64,000 nucleotides of DNA from Octopus vulgaris. Lineage: Eukaryota. Both the position numbers and the translations under genes were made by a program. This document shows, one piece after another, positions 40,271 through 54,108 of this stretch. The stretch is taken from contig OX597828.1 in assembly GCA_951406725.2 (NCBI GenBank), positions 37,820,001-37,884,000 on the forward strand, read 5' to 3'. The number at the start of each line of letters is the position of its first letter. Position 1 is the first letter of the stretch. The notes under the pieces were generated by a model. That model did not search any database and was not told the DNA's origin. It worked only from the letters and a program-made list of their open reading frames with translations.

Positions 40271-43200
40271 TTACAGATTTATGCTTAAAATAGTGTCGTC
40301 TTTCATACTGACCATTTTTGCCACTTTTACCCACTTTTTATTAAAACATTCGTTCGACAAAGCCTTCCTCTCTATTCTCATCCTCCTTTTCAAGTGGTAC
40401 TTGAAAAAGTTGACGAGAGACTGACCAGAGAGGAAGGTGTTTGTTTGCAGTCCTTTCAAACGTGTCCACCACACACATTCTTTCGCCATAGCCATCAGCG
40501 TAACGAAAACCGTTTTCCCTTCCCGTTTAAAGGAAGGTGGTGGAACAATATTCACGATAGACTCGGCCGATAGGCGAGCCTGACCTACACGTGACAACAG
40601 CTGTTCGACGAAGGACCACAGCTCTGAAATATCTGGACACTGCACGAGTGCGTGCAGAACGGTTTCGTCGCTCTGACCGCATCTCGGGCAGGTCGGTCCG
40701 GTGATGGTTTTCGAACCGTGTCTGTAGCTCTTCTCTCGAACAGGTAGTGCGTCTCGATAGCACTGCCAAGCCAGGGATTTCTGGAAGTTATCCATAGGCC
40801 CCGGCCCGAACGTCGTCCTGAGAAGCGGGTCAGGAATTCCTCGTCGACGCCCAGGTTTGCCCCGAATGTGTCGTCGGACCTCCCCTCCACTAGTCCTCTA
40901 TAGAACGCTTTAGTCGTTTGGAAGTTGCACAAGTTTGACCTCGGTCGGCAGAGCTGCTGTAGAGCTTGGCGACACTCTCGGTGCCAATCGCCCAGTTTCG
41001 GTCTCTTTTTGATCCACGTTTGCAGTTCGGTCAGTGAGACGAGCTGCGGGAAGTCGCGCCTCACAAACGGCGCCCACACCTGTTCACCGTCGTCGATGAA
41101 TTTCCAGAGATGTCGCAGTCTCAGCGCATGCCTGCGCATCATCAACCACGGCATGCCCAGTCCTCCATTCAACGGATGTTGACAGCAAATGGACTTCCTC
41201 ACCATCGGAACGTCACCCTTCCACAGGAAGCGGAAGAGTATGCGTTCCAGTTTGGTGATGGTGGCGTCGGGACAAGGTACGACGGTCAGGCGGTAATCGA
41301 TGACGGATGCGATGTACGCGTTCGCCACCTCCGCCCGGCCTTTTAGAGACAGCTTTCTCTCGGCCCATGTTTGGCTGAGAGTGACCACTCTACTCGTGAT
41401 CTCGTCCCAGTTCTTATCCATTTGGAGGTCCGGACTGAACCAGACCCCGAGCAATTTAACCGGTCCGTCCGTCCAGCGTCCCACTACTGAGCCGCAGTCG
41501 GACGGCATGAGCTTGCTTCTCCAGGTGCCGAGTAGCAAACCCACTGACTTTTCCGGGTTAATCTTTGCTCCCGTCACCGTTTCATATTTTCTTAGTGTCT
41601 CGCCGACCAGCTCGATGTGCTGGTAGCTCAACGCTATGACGGTGACATCGTCCGCATATACCGACACGCTCGTCCCGCAACCCAGTTCCCGTGGGATGCC
41701 CCTCAGTGTCGCCAGCTTCCGCAGTAGCGGCTCGAGAGTCAATACATACAGAAGCGCCGACAGGGGACACCCCTGACGGACCGAACGCGTGATGTCAAAC
41801 GGTTTCGACAGGTGACCGTTCACCCGAATCACCGATCGGATGCCGCTATACAAAGCAGCGATCGAACCGCGGAAGACGGGACCGAAGCCAGTCGCCCTGA
41901 GGACGGCCGCCAAGTACCGATGGTCGACCCTATCGAAGGCTTTAGACTGATCCAAATTTATCAGCGCCCCACCCATGCCAGGATCCTTAACTACCCTGTC
42001 CACAATGTAGCGCATCAGATGGAGGTTGTCATGTATGGTTCTGCCCGGCACGGCGCATGTTTGCGCCCTGTCGACCAGTTTACCAATGACAAGCGCCAAC
42101 CTCTCGGCTATTACTTTGGCCAAAATTTTCAAATCTGCGTTGAGCAGAGTGATGGGCCTGAAATTATCTATAAAATTCCCCTTGTTTGAGTCTTTCTTCA
42201 GCAACGTCACTGCACCTCGGCTCACGAAACCGGGGATTCTCCCGTTTTGTTGCCAGTTGCAGTAGACTGATGCCAAGAGGTCGCCAAACAAGTCTGGCAT
42301 TCGACAATACAGCTCGTAGGGTAAACCATCCAATCCAGGCGACTTATCCCTCGCGCAGCCCGCCATCGCATCCCACACGTCAGCGGCTGTGATGGGACTT
42401 TCACAACACTCCGCTTCTCTTGCCGAGAGCCGCGGCAGGTCGGTCAGATAGGCACTGAAATCCATCCCTCGTTCCGACCCACCACTCGCACCAAACAGTC
42501 GAGCAAAGTGCTGTTGAAAGGCCTCACACATCCTTTCGGGTTCGAGTAAACTGCATCCCTGTTGATCTATTAGAGACCGAATGGTTGATCTGTTGCCACG
42601 CTGCGCCTCCGCTACCCGGGCCTCTCGCGCAGCTTCAATCCCTTCGTTCCTTAAGGCACGCATTTTAGCTCTGACGACGCAACCTTCGTGCTTGGCGTTG
42701 AGGTGTTGGTCGAGGGCCATCCTCGCAGCCAGCACGTTGGTTGCGCTGCCAGTGGTAAGTGCCTCTTCTAGTTTCTTAACTAAGTCTCCCTCTACTCTAT
42801 TTCGTTCTATCGCTAATTCCTTGCTAAACCTAATTGATTCCGATTTTATTGCCATTTTCAGGGCGTACCACCAGCGGTTGTTAACGATCGCTCCCGTCAG
42901 CGCCCTCTTAATTAACTCGCTAATCTGGTTCCTGTAAACCTGTCGCGCTAACAGCGACGTGTTCAGTTTCCAGTAACCGGGACCCTGCCTATGTGTTTTA
43001 TCTAAGTCGAGCGTACACGTAACAAATTTGTGATCTGTGTAGCTGACTATTTTAAATTGTGGACATCCTACACTATCCCTATCCGCTGTCCTGCATAGAA
43101 TTCTATCTAGATAAGATCTCGACGATCCGACGCGGTTTGTCCAAGTCCACGTTGGCACGTTCGGATGGTCGAGTCGGAACCTGTCAGACAAATGGAAACG

Positions 43201-43719
43201 TCTGAGCAGGTCTTTGAGGCTCTTACACCCCCTTCTATTCCTATCCCTTCCCACATAATCTAGATGCGTGTCCAAGGTAGCGTTCCAATCCCCTACTAAC
43301 AGTAAAGGTCTAGACGTACCCAGGAAAACCTCTACACGTCTGAAGAAATCCGCCCGACCCGTTAAGGACGGTGCATAAACTGCCATCAGACGGAATGCAC
43401 ACCCATTTCTGCCATCCACGTCCAAGACAACCAGCCTACCCTCCGGGTCTAGGAATATTGCTCTTACTTTTACCTCTAGACTCTTTCGAAAAAGTACCGC
43501 AGTACCTCCACCACCCATGTTCGGCAGACAGGGAGAAAAATAAATGTCAAATTGATTGCCAAACATGGACTCGAGGGCCCGCGGCGAACTGAGTCTGGTT
43601 TCACTGATAGCTACTATATCCACGTCCAGTGACTTGATGTCGTTTAGAAGGTAACCTTGCTTCCAAGCTGACGCCAAGCCACGCGCATTCACACAACCTA
43701 ATTTAAGCATACTTGACAT
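40271..43719 (-). CDS. LINE ORF2: APE endonuclease + reverse transcriptase + C-terminal zinc-binding motif (one 1-nt frameshift at ~40822)
   Basis: EN motifs NARGL, SETR, VYAP, GDWN, LDR, TDH. RT motifs SPGLDG, NFRPITLLN, LDQSKAFD, VRQGCPLS, YADD. GGLG motif. CPRC...ETVLHALVQC in ORF 40271..40795. Comparison with 46950-47000 places the frameshift. Confidence 0.95.
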
Positions 43720-43776
43720 TTACGAAAATTGTGTTTTACACACTATATTAGACGAGACAAGAGGCAAGAAGTGAGG

Positions 43777-45657
43777 TCACTTACTCATTTTAAAAGTTTC
43801 ATTTTTTTCTTCTTCTTCTTTTGTATCGTTTTTGATGAGGTGTTTGTATAGTTTTTTCGACAGGTATCGTTGATACCCGCCTACCGCATTCGGAAATATT
43901 GTTTTCAGTATGTGGTGTTGTGCTTGTGTTATGTGTAAAATTCTGATGTGTTTCGGTGGTGTGGTGTGCGGATGATTGTTTGTCTTAAAGTCATCTTCAC
44001 AGACGACCATGTTAGATTTGATGTAGTCCATTAATTCTTTATTGTCTGTGTCTATTGCAGTTAGTTGTGTGTGTGGTTTTACGGGTTCATTACTTTTTTG
44101 ATTGTCTAGGGGGATGTTGTCCTGAGTTAGATATCTCCCTGCTTTAATTCCTTGTTTGGTGGATTTTTTGGATCTTTTTCTTTTACCCCCTGTGGCTATT
44201 TGCCATTCCGTCGAACTTTCGTCGGCTGAGGTATCAGTATGGGGTAGAGGAAAAAGAACAGGATCACTATGTATGCTTGTATAAATTGTTGATGTTTTGT
44301 GCGGTGTTTGTGTTGTTGTGGTGTTAGGGGTAGCATTTGTCTTCTCGTCAGTGTTTTCTGTCTTTTTAATTGTCGTCCTGGGTGTGGGTGTGGGTCGATT
44401 TTTTGAAGATTCAACAAGTTTAATTGGTTGTGACGTCAACGGTGATTGTGTTGGTACTGTTTTTCTTGGTGATGTTGTTGGGGTTTGTTTGCTGGTTTGT
44501 TGTTTTTCTTGGCGTTGTTCCATAATTGAGTGTGTTGGTGTTGGTGTTGGCAACAAAGGGATTTTATTTGTTTTCTGAATTGTTCTTTCTTGTTTTTTCT
44601 GTACCAGATCGCACTTGGCAATCAAATGTTCGGGGCTGCCACATTTGTAGCATCTAGGCTTTTTGCCTTCTGCCATAACATATAGGCATTGCCCATTCTC
44701 CAAGTATATCTTGTCGGGTAGGCTCTCGATAGAGGCCCCCTCAATCTGGATGGTCACTACTACTGTTTTTCCACCCCAATTGTCGTTTAGGTACACGGCT
44801 GTTTCTAGAATATTGATCTTTTTCAAGTGGTAACAGATTGCCCCTGTTATCCATTTGTTCGGCATATCGGGGGGTACATTTCTGATAGTAATTCTACTCA
44901 CCCTCTGGTTTTTATAATAAGGGACCATGATGATTTCATCATTTCCCAGAGACTCAGTAGAGTGAGCTTTTGCTACTTACTGGTTAGGGAAGCGGACCAC
45001 TACTGTGTTAAACTGGGGACCCCAGTTTATATACTCTTTTTCTTTCATTATGTTTTTTAAACATTTCTCCACATCAGTTTTTGTAATCTGTTCATTTGGT
45101 TTTTTGTTTTTTCTAATAATTTTATATACAATTGTCTTATTTTCTATTTCTTGTTTTATATGTTGAGGTGTATGCAGGACTAAATCTTGTCCACGGGTTG
45201 TAAAGAGAGCTCTTGTTTCTATGAGCTCTTCATTTGTGAATGTAACAATCTCCTTTTTCTGGCGAAGAATGTCTGCGAAATTTACTGATGTTGTTGATTT
45301 TTTTGTATTAACATCTTCACTATTAGATAGTTCATTTTTATTGTTGTTCTTGTTGTTGCTGTTGTTTTTGTCAATAGTTTTCGTTTCAGTTTTATTTTTA
45401 TCATTTATGTTGGTCGTGGTAGTGGTGGTGGTGGAGGAGGTGGTGGTGGTAGCAGTTGTTGTCTCGTGGTTGCTGTTGTTAGTGGTGGCGGTAGTGACAG
45501 GGCTGTTAACGCACGTGGTTGCAGCGTTCATTTCACCGAATTTTACGTTGGCATTTTCCGTGCGAACGTTCTTTTTTTTCTCTGTCGTTTCCAGACTAGG
45601 AAAATGTTGTTCCATAAAAGAACGCGACCAGCGTTCAACAATAAAATTTCTAGACAT
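43777..45657 (-). CDS. LINE ORF1 (gag-like nucleic-acid-binding protein, ~626 codons, one in-frame stop at 44977-44979)
   Basis: ORFs 44977..45657 and 43777..44928 are in the same frame, separated by a single TAA. CX2CX4HX4C knuckle CYKCGSPEHLIAKC; T/N- and T/P-rich linkers. Confidence 0.85.
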
Positions 45658-45836
45658 TTTCTAATGTCGAGAAGAAAATAACAGAAATGAAATGGGGTCG
45701 AAACTGCCCCTAGGGGCGAATTCCTCCCTTGGAAAAGCACTCAAATGAAAGTTGGTTGCCTTACACACCTTATTTGGCCTATAAATAGTCAAAATAAATG
45801 ATTACCTTCGGAGCTGAAATGACATCACATCCGTCA

Positions 45837-45897
<61 letters not shown>

Positions 45898-45930
45898 AAG
45901 ATAGACAGACAGACATACATACAGACAGAC

Positions 45931-46031
<101 letters not shown>

Positions 46032-47063
46032 TGTTTCTTTATTAGCCACACAGGGCTGCACACAGATAGAACAAATTACAAGGTAGAGCTTTTCTTTTGA
46101 AGGTTTAAAAAAAAAAAAAATTAAATTAAAAAAAAATAAATAAAAAATAAAATAAAATAAAAAAGGGGGGTCGATCAAAAGGGATCGTAAAAGGAGAGAA
46201 AGAGGACAAAAAAGGGGGGTTAAAAAAAGGGGGAGAGGAAAAAATTGATCAATAGGGATCGTTATCACAGAAATGTCAATATGAAGTGTAAAGGGGAGGA
46301 CAGGTGAGGTTTACCCGTGGAAAGAAAAGCCTGCGGAAAAGACCACGGTAACCTCGGTCAATGAAGTCACATGTTATATTTCTTTTTTTTTTTTTTTTTG
46401 CAAATAAGCAACTCTCTGTATTAATTTTTACGGTTCATAGAATCATAGTCAAGGTGGCTTCGTCATTCATACGTGCCATCCTTGCTACATTCACCCATCT
46501 TTTTTTAAAACATTCACTAGACAAAACTTGCCTCTCTACTCTCACTTTTTTCTTCAAGTGATACTTGAAGAAGTTGATGAGAGATTGACCAGAGAGGAAA
46601 GTGTTTGTCTCTAATCCTTTCAGACGCGTCCACCAGATACATTCTTTCGCCATAGCCACAAGTATGATAAAAATAGCTCTTCCTTCCCGTTTGAAGGAAG
46701 GAGGCGTGACGATATTAACGATAGACTCGGCTGATAAACCGACACGTCCCACACGTGACAGCAGTCGTTCGACATAAGCCCACAGGTGGGAAATTGCTGG
46801 ACACTGCACGATTGCGTGCAGAGCGGTTTCGTCGCTCTGCCCGCATCTCGGGCAGGTCGGCCCCGTGTTTCTCGAGCCATGCCTATAGAGCTTATCCCGA
46901 ACGGGTAGCGCTTCTCGGTAGCACCGCCAGGCCAGGGATCTCTGGAAGTTGTCCATAGGTCCCGGGCCGAAAGTCGTTTGAAACAGGCGGGTCAGGTATT
47001 CCTCGTCGACGCCCAGGTTTGCCCCGAGCTCGTCGTCGTACCTCCCCTCCACTAATCCCCTAT
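46032..47063 (-). mobile_element. 5'-truncated Tx1-type LINE, family B, within (GATA)n
   Basis: Open ORF2 C-terminus (RGLVEGRYDDELGANLG...TLTMIL*) plus 3' UTR. (GATA)n lies on both sides. Confidence 0.93.
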
Positions 47064-47139
<76 letters not shown>

Positions 47140-47430
47140 TCTTTCTTTATTAGCCACACAGGGCTGCACACAGATAGAACAAATTACAAGGTAGAGCTTT
47201 TCTTTCGGGGGTAAAAAAAAGAGAGTGGTGGTTTTCGATCAAAGGGGATCGTAAAAGGAAAGAAAAAGGACAAAAAAAGGGAGGGGTTAAAAAAGGGGGG
47301 GGAAATGAATAATAGGGATCGTTATCACAGAAATGTCAATATGAAGTGTAAAGGGGAGGACAGGTGAGGTTTACCCGTGGAAAGAAAAGCCTACGGAAAA
47401 GACCACGGTAACCTCGGTCAATGAAGTCAC
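47140..47430 (-). mobile_element. Tx1-type family B, 3' UTR-only copy within (GATA)n
   Basis: Near-identical to 46032-46370. Flanked by GATA repeats. Confidence 0.9.
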
Positions 47431-47485
<55 letters not shown>

Positions 47486-47534
47486 CAGACAGACAGACAT
47501 ACAGACAGACAGACACACAGACACACAGACAGAC

Positions 47535-47615
<81 letters not shown>

Positions 47616-48347
47616 TACCAATTCATGCATAGATGAGAAGTATGTAGATCTTAAGACCACCAGCACTGCCACGCTGAACATTAAACTGAAACAGATGGTT
47701 GCTTTGAAATGAATTTAGGGAAAATACTAGAAAACAATCAAAAATATTTACTGCTGTAAACATAAAAGGATAAAAAAGAACATAAATTTAAAAATAAAAA
47801 TGGGGTGGACCCATATCAGAACTTGATCTATATGAATTATTTACAGGTGTTATTTTAGTTGCTATCTATTTATTATTTTACCTTCTGGTTTCGTTTTTTT
47901 TTTTACTGCAAAAGTTAATAAATCATCTAAGAATCTACTCGAAACTTGCACATAATGACTTAGAGCGCGTATATATGTATGTGTGTATATGCGTATATGT
48001 GAGTGTGTCTTTCTCTGTATGTGTGTGTATATGTGTCTGTGTGTGTGTCACTTTTTGTTTACATATATATATATATGTTAATACACATAAAATAAATATA
48101 TAAAGTTTGAATATACACATATATGTCCTTGCACACAAATAGACGGACACACACACGCACACACGTGTATATGTATATACACCATCATGGCCATGTTAGA
48201 GCCTTGCCTTCGACAAATATAGGCGGCTCTGTTCAATTTTCTTTTTCGTGTCCTCTTCTTAAACATAAAATTTCAGTTTAATTATATTTACGCGGTGTTT
48301 CTGCGTGTGCATACGTGAGTGTGCGTGTGTATGTACGTACATACATT

Positions 48348-48387
<40 letters not shown>

Positions 48388-48499
48388 CACGCACACTCAG
48401 ACACAAACACACACACATATACGTATAAACGTACATATGTGTTTACAATTGTACTTAAGGATACATTTTATATACACATACACACATACAAATCTATAT

Positions 48500-49619
48500 A
48501 TAAGTGGAAGACAAATGCAATGTTATGCATGAAGCGCCGAAGTTTCGACTTCTTTCTCTCACAGATGTGTCGAAATACCAAAATGTAATATTCCAAACTT
48601 TGACACGCCGTGGTCTTGGTGGTAGCAGCAAATCTCAGCGAGTCGGAGATATGCCAGTTTCATTACTTGTCTTTGGTATAGCGAGTCAGGAAAGAAGTCG
48701 GAGGTCTCTGGCCGGCACGCATCATGCATGACAAAATAGAAGAAAGTTTCTTAATTGTTAGACGTTATCAGAGGTGAAATTCATTTGGCAGGTCAGAGAT
48801 ATCTTCAGCGTATACTACAGCGGATCACTGAAGGCCCAGCTAAGCGCAGCTCAAAGAAGTGGTTTCTAGTATTACACAAGTGGTGCACGAGAGCATCAGA
48901 TGCAGCTCATACGTGGGGGTGAAATGCGACTAATTTCTAGCAAGATCGAGGAGGACCGTATGATCATGTGACGTGAAAATAATGTGACGTAAACATCATG
49001 TGGTCTACTGACTGTCTTGAGTTGTCCTTAGACTGCAGTATCAAGGACATTTTAGAATTATTTGCACTGAACGTGCTGGCCAGCATTATGAACAGATAAT
49101 GTCATATGGAACTTTAGATTGCTGAGCCAAGATTGTCATATGCTGAAGGCAGTTTTGTTGAATGGCCCCATTCTTTGACGTATTTTATTGAATGTGTGCA
49201 GTTTGTGTGGGCAAATGCGAGGACAATTATACAGTCTCGTCTATTTTTAGTGATTAAAACGAAATTTACGTGTTGACAATGAATTATTATTATTTTTCTT
49301 TTTACACGCATTGGCACACCTTTAACAAGGCTGAAATCTCAAAGCGACCTGTTGTCGAGAATCAAATCCACAATGCTATATATTGGACACACGATATGCC
49401 TCGTGTAATCGTTAGGATCAACGTCAGAAAATGCGTAAGGGAAGAGAGCAAGAGGTCGAGAGAGACGTTTCTGGGCTGACAACATCAGAGAATGGTTCGG
49501 AAACGAGCTTAGCTGTTAGTATGGCTGGTGTACAATACACAGGGAACTGAGGGTCGTAGCAAGCTGACACCTGCATACAGGGAAGACACCTGCATACAGG
49601 GAAGACACCTGCCTGATAG

Positions 49620-49620
<1 letters not shown>
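48500..49620 (+). mobile_element. Old RTE-type LINE remnant
   Basis: The 3' end reads GKRARGRERRFWADNIREW, a typical RTE C-terminus. Upstream sequence is heavily decayed and the boundaries are approximate. Confidence 0.5.
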
Positions 49621-49672
<52 letters not shown>

Positions 49673-51228
49673 ATGTATGTATGCATGTATGTATGTATGT
49701 ATGTATGTATGTATATATGTCTTCACGGTAAATTTGCCTCCACTTTCAGTAAAAAGTCATACTACCAGCAGTAAATGCACACTTGTTAAACCGAACAATA
49801 CTTTAAAATAAAAATATTGTTCTAAGACACACACACACACATACACACACTCACACACACACACACACACACAAACACAACACACGGAAACACATGCAGA
49901 AATATACACACACATGTGTGTGTATGTATTTATATATATACATACATACATATATATGTATGCATATATATATATATATATAGACACAATGAGTAAGATA
50001 CAGTATAATGAGGAAGATATATAATTTGGGAAGAAGGTGAGTCATTTTATTGTAGGATTGTTAAATATAGTCAATTGTTTGTGAAAAGCGACCTATTGTG
50101 TATAGATATAATTATAAGATATGGCCTACAGCCTGTCTGACATCATTGTTATGAAAACCTGTTTCATATCTTCGACGTCTATCAGAAAGTTGGTTATTGA
50201 CTCTCATTGATTGTTCTCTGATAAGAAAGAGCATCTCAAACTTTCAACCGATGTACACTTCCCCTCAGTTTTTCTTTCCTCTTCTCATTCGCTGGGGTTG
50301 TTTTCGAACTGTCAACTAATATCCTCTTATACGCGTGACATGATTATGAAAGCGTCAAATGTAGGAAATGGTGAAATTCATCCAATATGACTCGTTTAAC
50401 CTTTTTTTTCTCTCTCTAATTTGACTTTTATAAAAGAAATATGTTCTGTATCTTTTTTTCCGAGATCTATACTGGATAGCAGCTGTATCTACATACATTA
50501 TTCATTATCCTGAGGCAGATAGTACGGCTGTCGGTTATGTGAAATATTACGTATGAAAAACAACACTTTCTACTCTTTTCGGTTAACTTGTCACAATCAT
50601 TGTAGCTGCTTTTTTGTTACTCTGGACACAACGTTTCTGTTTTTTAATGGCATCGACATAACGGTGTAAAGAATTCTAATGTTATCTTTATAAGCACGTC
50701 AATCGATGTCTCATAAACTGAAAAAAAATATTTTGCTAACAGCATCATCGATGCAGAAAGTTTCAATTTCACTGCTTATATAATCCATCTTTTCGATAGA
50801 AAAAGAGCTGAAAACCATCATATATCGTCTCAGCTTTCGAACCAAAAGTGACGACTGTCAAATATTAATCAGGAAATTTTTGTCAACCGATTTACCTATG
50901 AAAGATGCTGCCATGACTGTTAACAGTTCTACGACAGCAGTGCCTGAGTGTTAATACGTCCGACATTTCTGACAGATGCATATACAGCGATACAAATCTG
51001 TGAAATATTGTAAGAGGACTAAGAGATTTTTAACTTCATTCTTTCTCAGTCAATGAAATCCATCGCCTAAAGATTGTTGGTGCACACGAAACAGACAAAC
51101 GTATCCCTTCCGCTTTTCCTGCTCATCAGCCAACTTCATATCCACCCCACCCCCCCGCCTCCTTCTGTACCCATTCTTTGATATTTTTCAACTACACTTT
51201 TCGCAGTCTGAATATTCTCTTGTGCTAA

Positions 51229-51775
51229 GGCGGCGAGCTGGCAGAAACGTTAGCATGTCGGGCGAAATGCTTAGCCGAGGTCGACTTTGCCTTTCATCCT
51301 TTCGGGGTCGATTATATAAGTACCAGTTATGCACCGAGGTCGATATAATCGACTTAATCCGTTTGTCTGTCCTTGTTTGGCCTCTCTGTGTTTAGCCCTT
51401 TGTGTGTAGTAAAGAAATAGGTATTTCGTCTGCCGTCACGTTCTGAGTTCAAATTCCACCGAGGTCGACTTTGCCTTTCATCCTTTCGGGTTGGATAAAT
51501 TAAGTACCAGTTACGCACTGGGGTCGATGTAATCGATTTGATCCTTTTGTCTGTCCTTGTTTGTCCCCTCTGTGTGTAGCCCCTTGTGGGCAGTAAAGAA
51601 ATAAGTATTTCAGGTGTCTGTATTTCGATTTCAATTTCTGCCGAGGTCGACTTTGCCTTTCATTCTTTCGGGGTCGAGGAATTAAGTGCCAGTTTGCGTA
51701 CTGAGGTCGAGCTAATTGACTGACCTCCTCCCTCAAAATTTCAGACTTTGTTCCTAGAGTAGAAAAGAATGATTT
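51229..51775 (+). mobile_element. SINE family A nested/tandem cluster (three units)
   Basis: Head 51229-51275, unit 51276-51419, unit 51420-51603, then an older unit with a different tail at 51604-51775. Confidence 0.87.
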
Positions 51776-52454
51776 CATATGCTAGGTGTCTGTCTGTGTA
51801 TAATCGTATGTGAAAGAGCAAGCATCTCATAGTGTCAGATTACATGTCCAAACCATTTCATTTTTTTGGTTGGCACTTCTCTTTCCTCAACGATTTCAAT
51901 CCTAACACTCTCGCTAATATCATTTTGTATGAGTGAGATCTCTTTTATTTTATTTTATTTTTATTTTCACTGCTATGCGGCCTGAATCCAATAAAATGGA
52001 GACCTTTAAGAAAATTACTATAAGTCACTTTTCAGATCGTTGGTACATCATTTATTGTAATTCTCCGCACACTTTGTTCACATTCACCCGAGACCTACTT
52101 TGCTTTTCCTACTTTCAGGGTCTATAAATAATTTACCCACAAATACCGAGAAGAGGTTCCCCTTCTTCTCTGAATCGGATATGTGAAAATCCCTAGAAAG
52201 GAACGTTCACGGCATAACAGCTCAAATGCTTTTCACCGCGTCTCTATGGGCACAACATGATAAAAAGAAAGAATCTCACAGACTAGCGATTCCAGAGACC
52301 AAATCATCACTGATGAAGATTGCTATTAACAATAACGTGTTCTAACATTCTATAACACCAACTTCTTATATTTTAAAACATTAATTTCCATTATTTTAAA
52401 ATAATGATTTCTGAAAGGAATTTCGTATCATTATTTTTTCCATTAAAACCTATA

Positions 52455-52887
52455 CTCTTTACTCTTTTACTCTTTTACTTGTTTCAGTCATTTTGACTGC
52501 GGCCATGCTGGAGCACCGCCTTTAGTCGAGCAAATCGACCCCGGGACTTATTCTCTGTAAGCCCAGTACTTATTCTATCGGTCTCTTTTGCCGAACCGCT
52601 AAGTAACGGGGACGTAAACACACCAGCATCGGTTGTCAAGCAATGCTAGGGGGACAAACACACACACATACACACACACACATACACACACACACATACA
52701 CACATATATATATACATATATATACGACAGTCTTCTTTCAGTTTCCGTCTACCAAATCCACTCACAAGGCATTGGTCGGCCCGGGGCTATAGCAGAAGAC
52801 ACTTGCCCAAGATGCCACGCAGTGGGACTGAACCCAGAACCATGTGGTTGGTTAGCAAGCTACTTACCACACAACCACTCCTGCGCC
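52455..52887 (-). mobile_element. SINE family B, full length, young
   Basis: Near-identical to 8311-8719, with a (GTAAAAGA)n tail. Confidence 0.92.
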
Positions 52888-53525
52888 TATATCGTTGAAT
52901 AAATTAGATTTCATACAACAGGGAGAAGTCGAAACTAGATCTCGGACAATATCAATCGGGATCTTTTGGTTATGTCACGAGTGGGAAAATCCATTCATTT
53001 TATGTTCAGGGCAGAAGTTTGCGTGTTTTTTACTTTTTACATCTAACCTTACTTTTATTTATTTCATCCGCTTAAATTGTTATGGCCGGATCTATACGCC
53101 ATTTTTTTTTTTCAAGTGACGTTATATTTTTACCGCGCTGCGATATATAAATCGCTTTATGGCTTGGAAAGAAAACATTATCCAAAATAAATTTTTAGCA
53201 TCTTTCGGGAATTATGATTCATATCATCATTTTACTTAGCTCACTTTCAGTGAAATTATTTTCTTAAATGGGAAGCTAAACAAACCAAAAAAATTTAATA
53301 ATAATTTTTTTTAAGGTTTCCTACAAACTGTTTATTCAAGCAGAATTTGGTGGAAATAGCCTTGAAATATTGAGAAGAAATAAAATGCTTAAATGTATGG
53401 CAGAATGTTATTAAATGCTTTGATGAAATTATATGAGCTTTTAAAATATATACAATATCTTTTATACCGCATCTTCGAAATATATTTTTACATATACTCT
53501 CAAATAGAGAGACACGCATACATAT

Positions 53526-53575
<50 letters not shown>

Positions 53576-53794
53576 ATATGTATACACATATCTATATGTG
53601 AATATGTTTATATGTCGACGAATTACATCCATATATATGCGTGCATGTGTATGTGTCTGCGTGTGTGTGTGTATGTGTGTGTGTGTTCGTGTGTGTGTGT
53701 GTCCATACTGATGTACGTATCATACGTTCGAAACCACGCACATATACGCACACACACTCGTGTAGGTGTGTGTATCTATCTATCTATCTATCTA

Positions 53795-53867
<73 letters not shown>

Positions 53868-54070
53868 ATATGTATGCAACATACACATATGTAGATACAT
53901 AGATAGATATGTATACCAACACACATAGATACACACATATATACATACATTGATATCCATATATCGCTGTTGAGCTCCGCACGTTTTCTCTCCGTATGTA
54001 TTGTTATGCATAGAACGCGTATGAATGTGTGTGCTTGCATGTTCGTGTATCTACGCATGTTTAAACCTTT

Positions 54071-54108
<38 letters not shown>

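Larger units (their letters stand above)
39969..45836 (-). mobile_element. Full-length Tx1/L1-type LINE (family A) within (GATA)n
   Basis: ~180-nt 5' UTR, ORF1, 57-nt spacer, ORF2 and a ~300-nt 3' UTR ending CTACAATAAAAAGT. (GATA)n tracts at 39759-39968 and 45837-46031. Confidence 0.95.

Noticed and set aside
40925-45681. Plus-strand ORFs overlapping the Tx1 LINE
   Set aside because: Antisense shadows of GC-richer coding sequence with no recognisable motifs.
52308-52345. CTGATGA-AGATTG...CAAT hammerhead-like start (also CTGATGA at 16872)
   Set aside because: The GAAA box is missing or stem II does not form.
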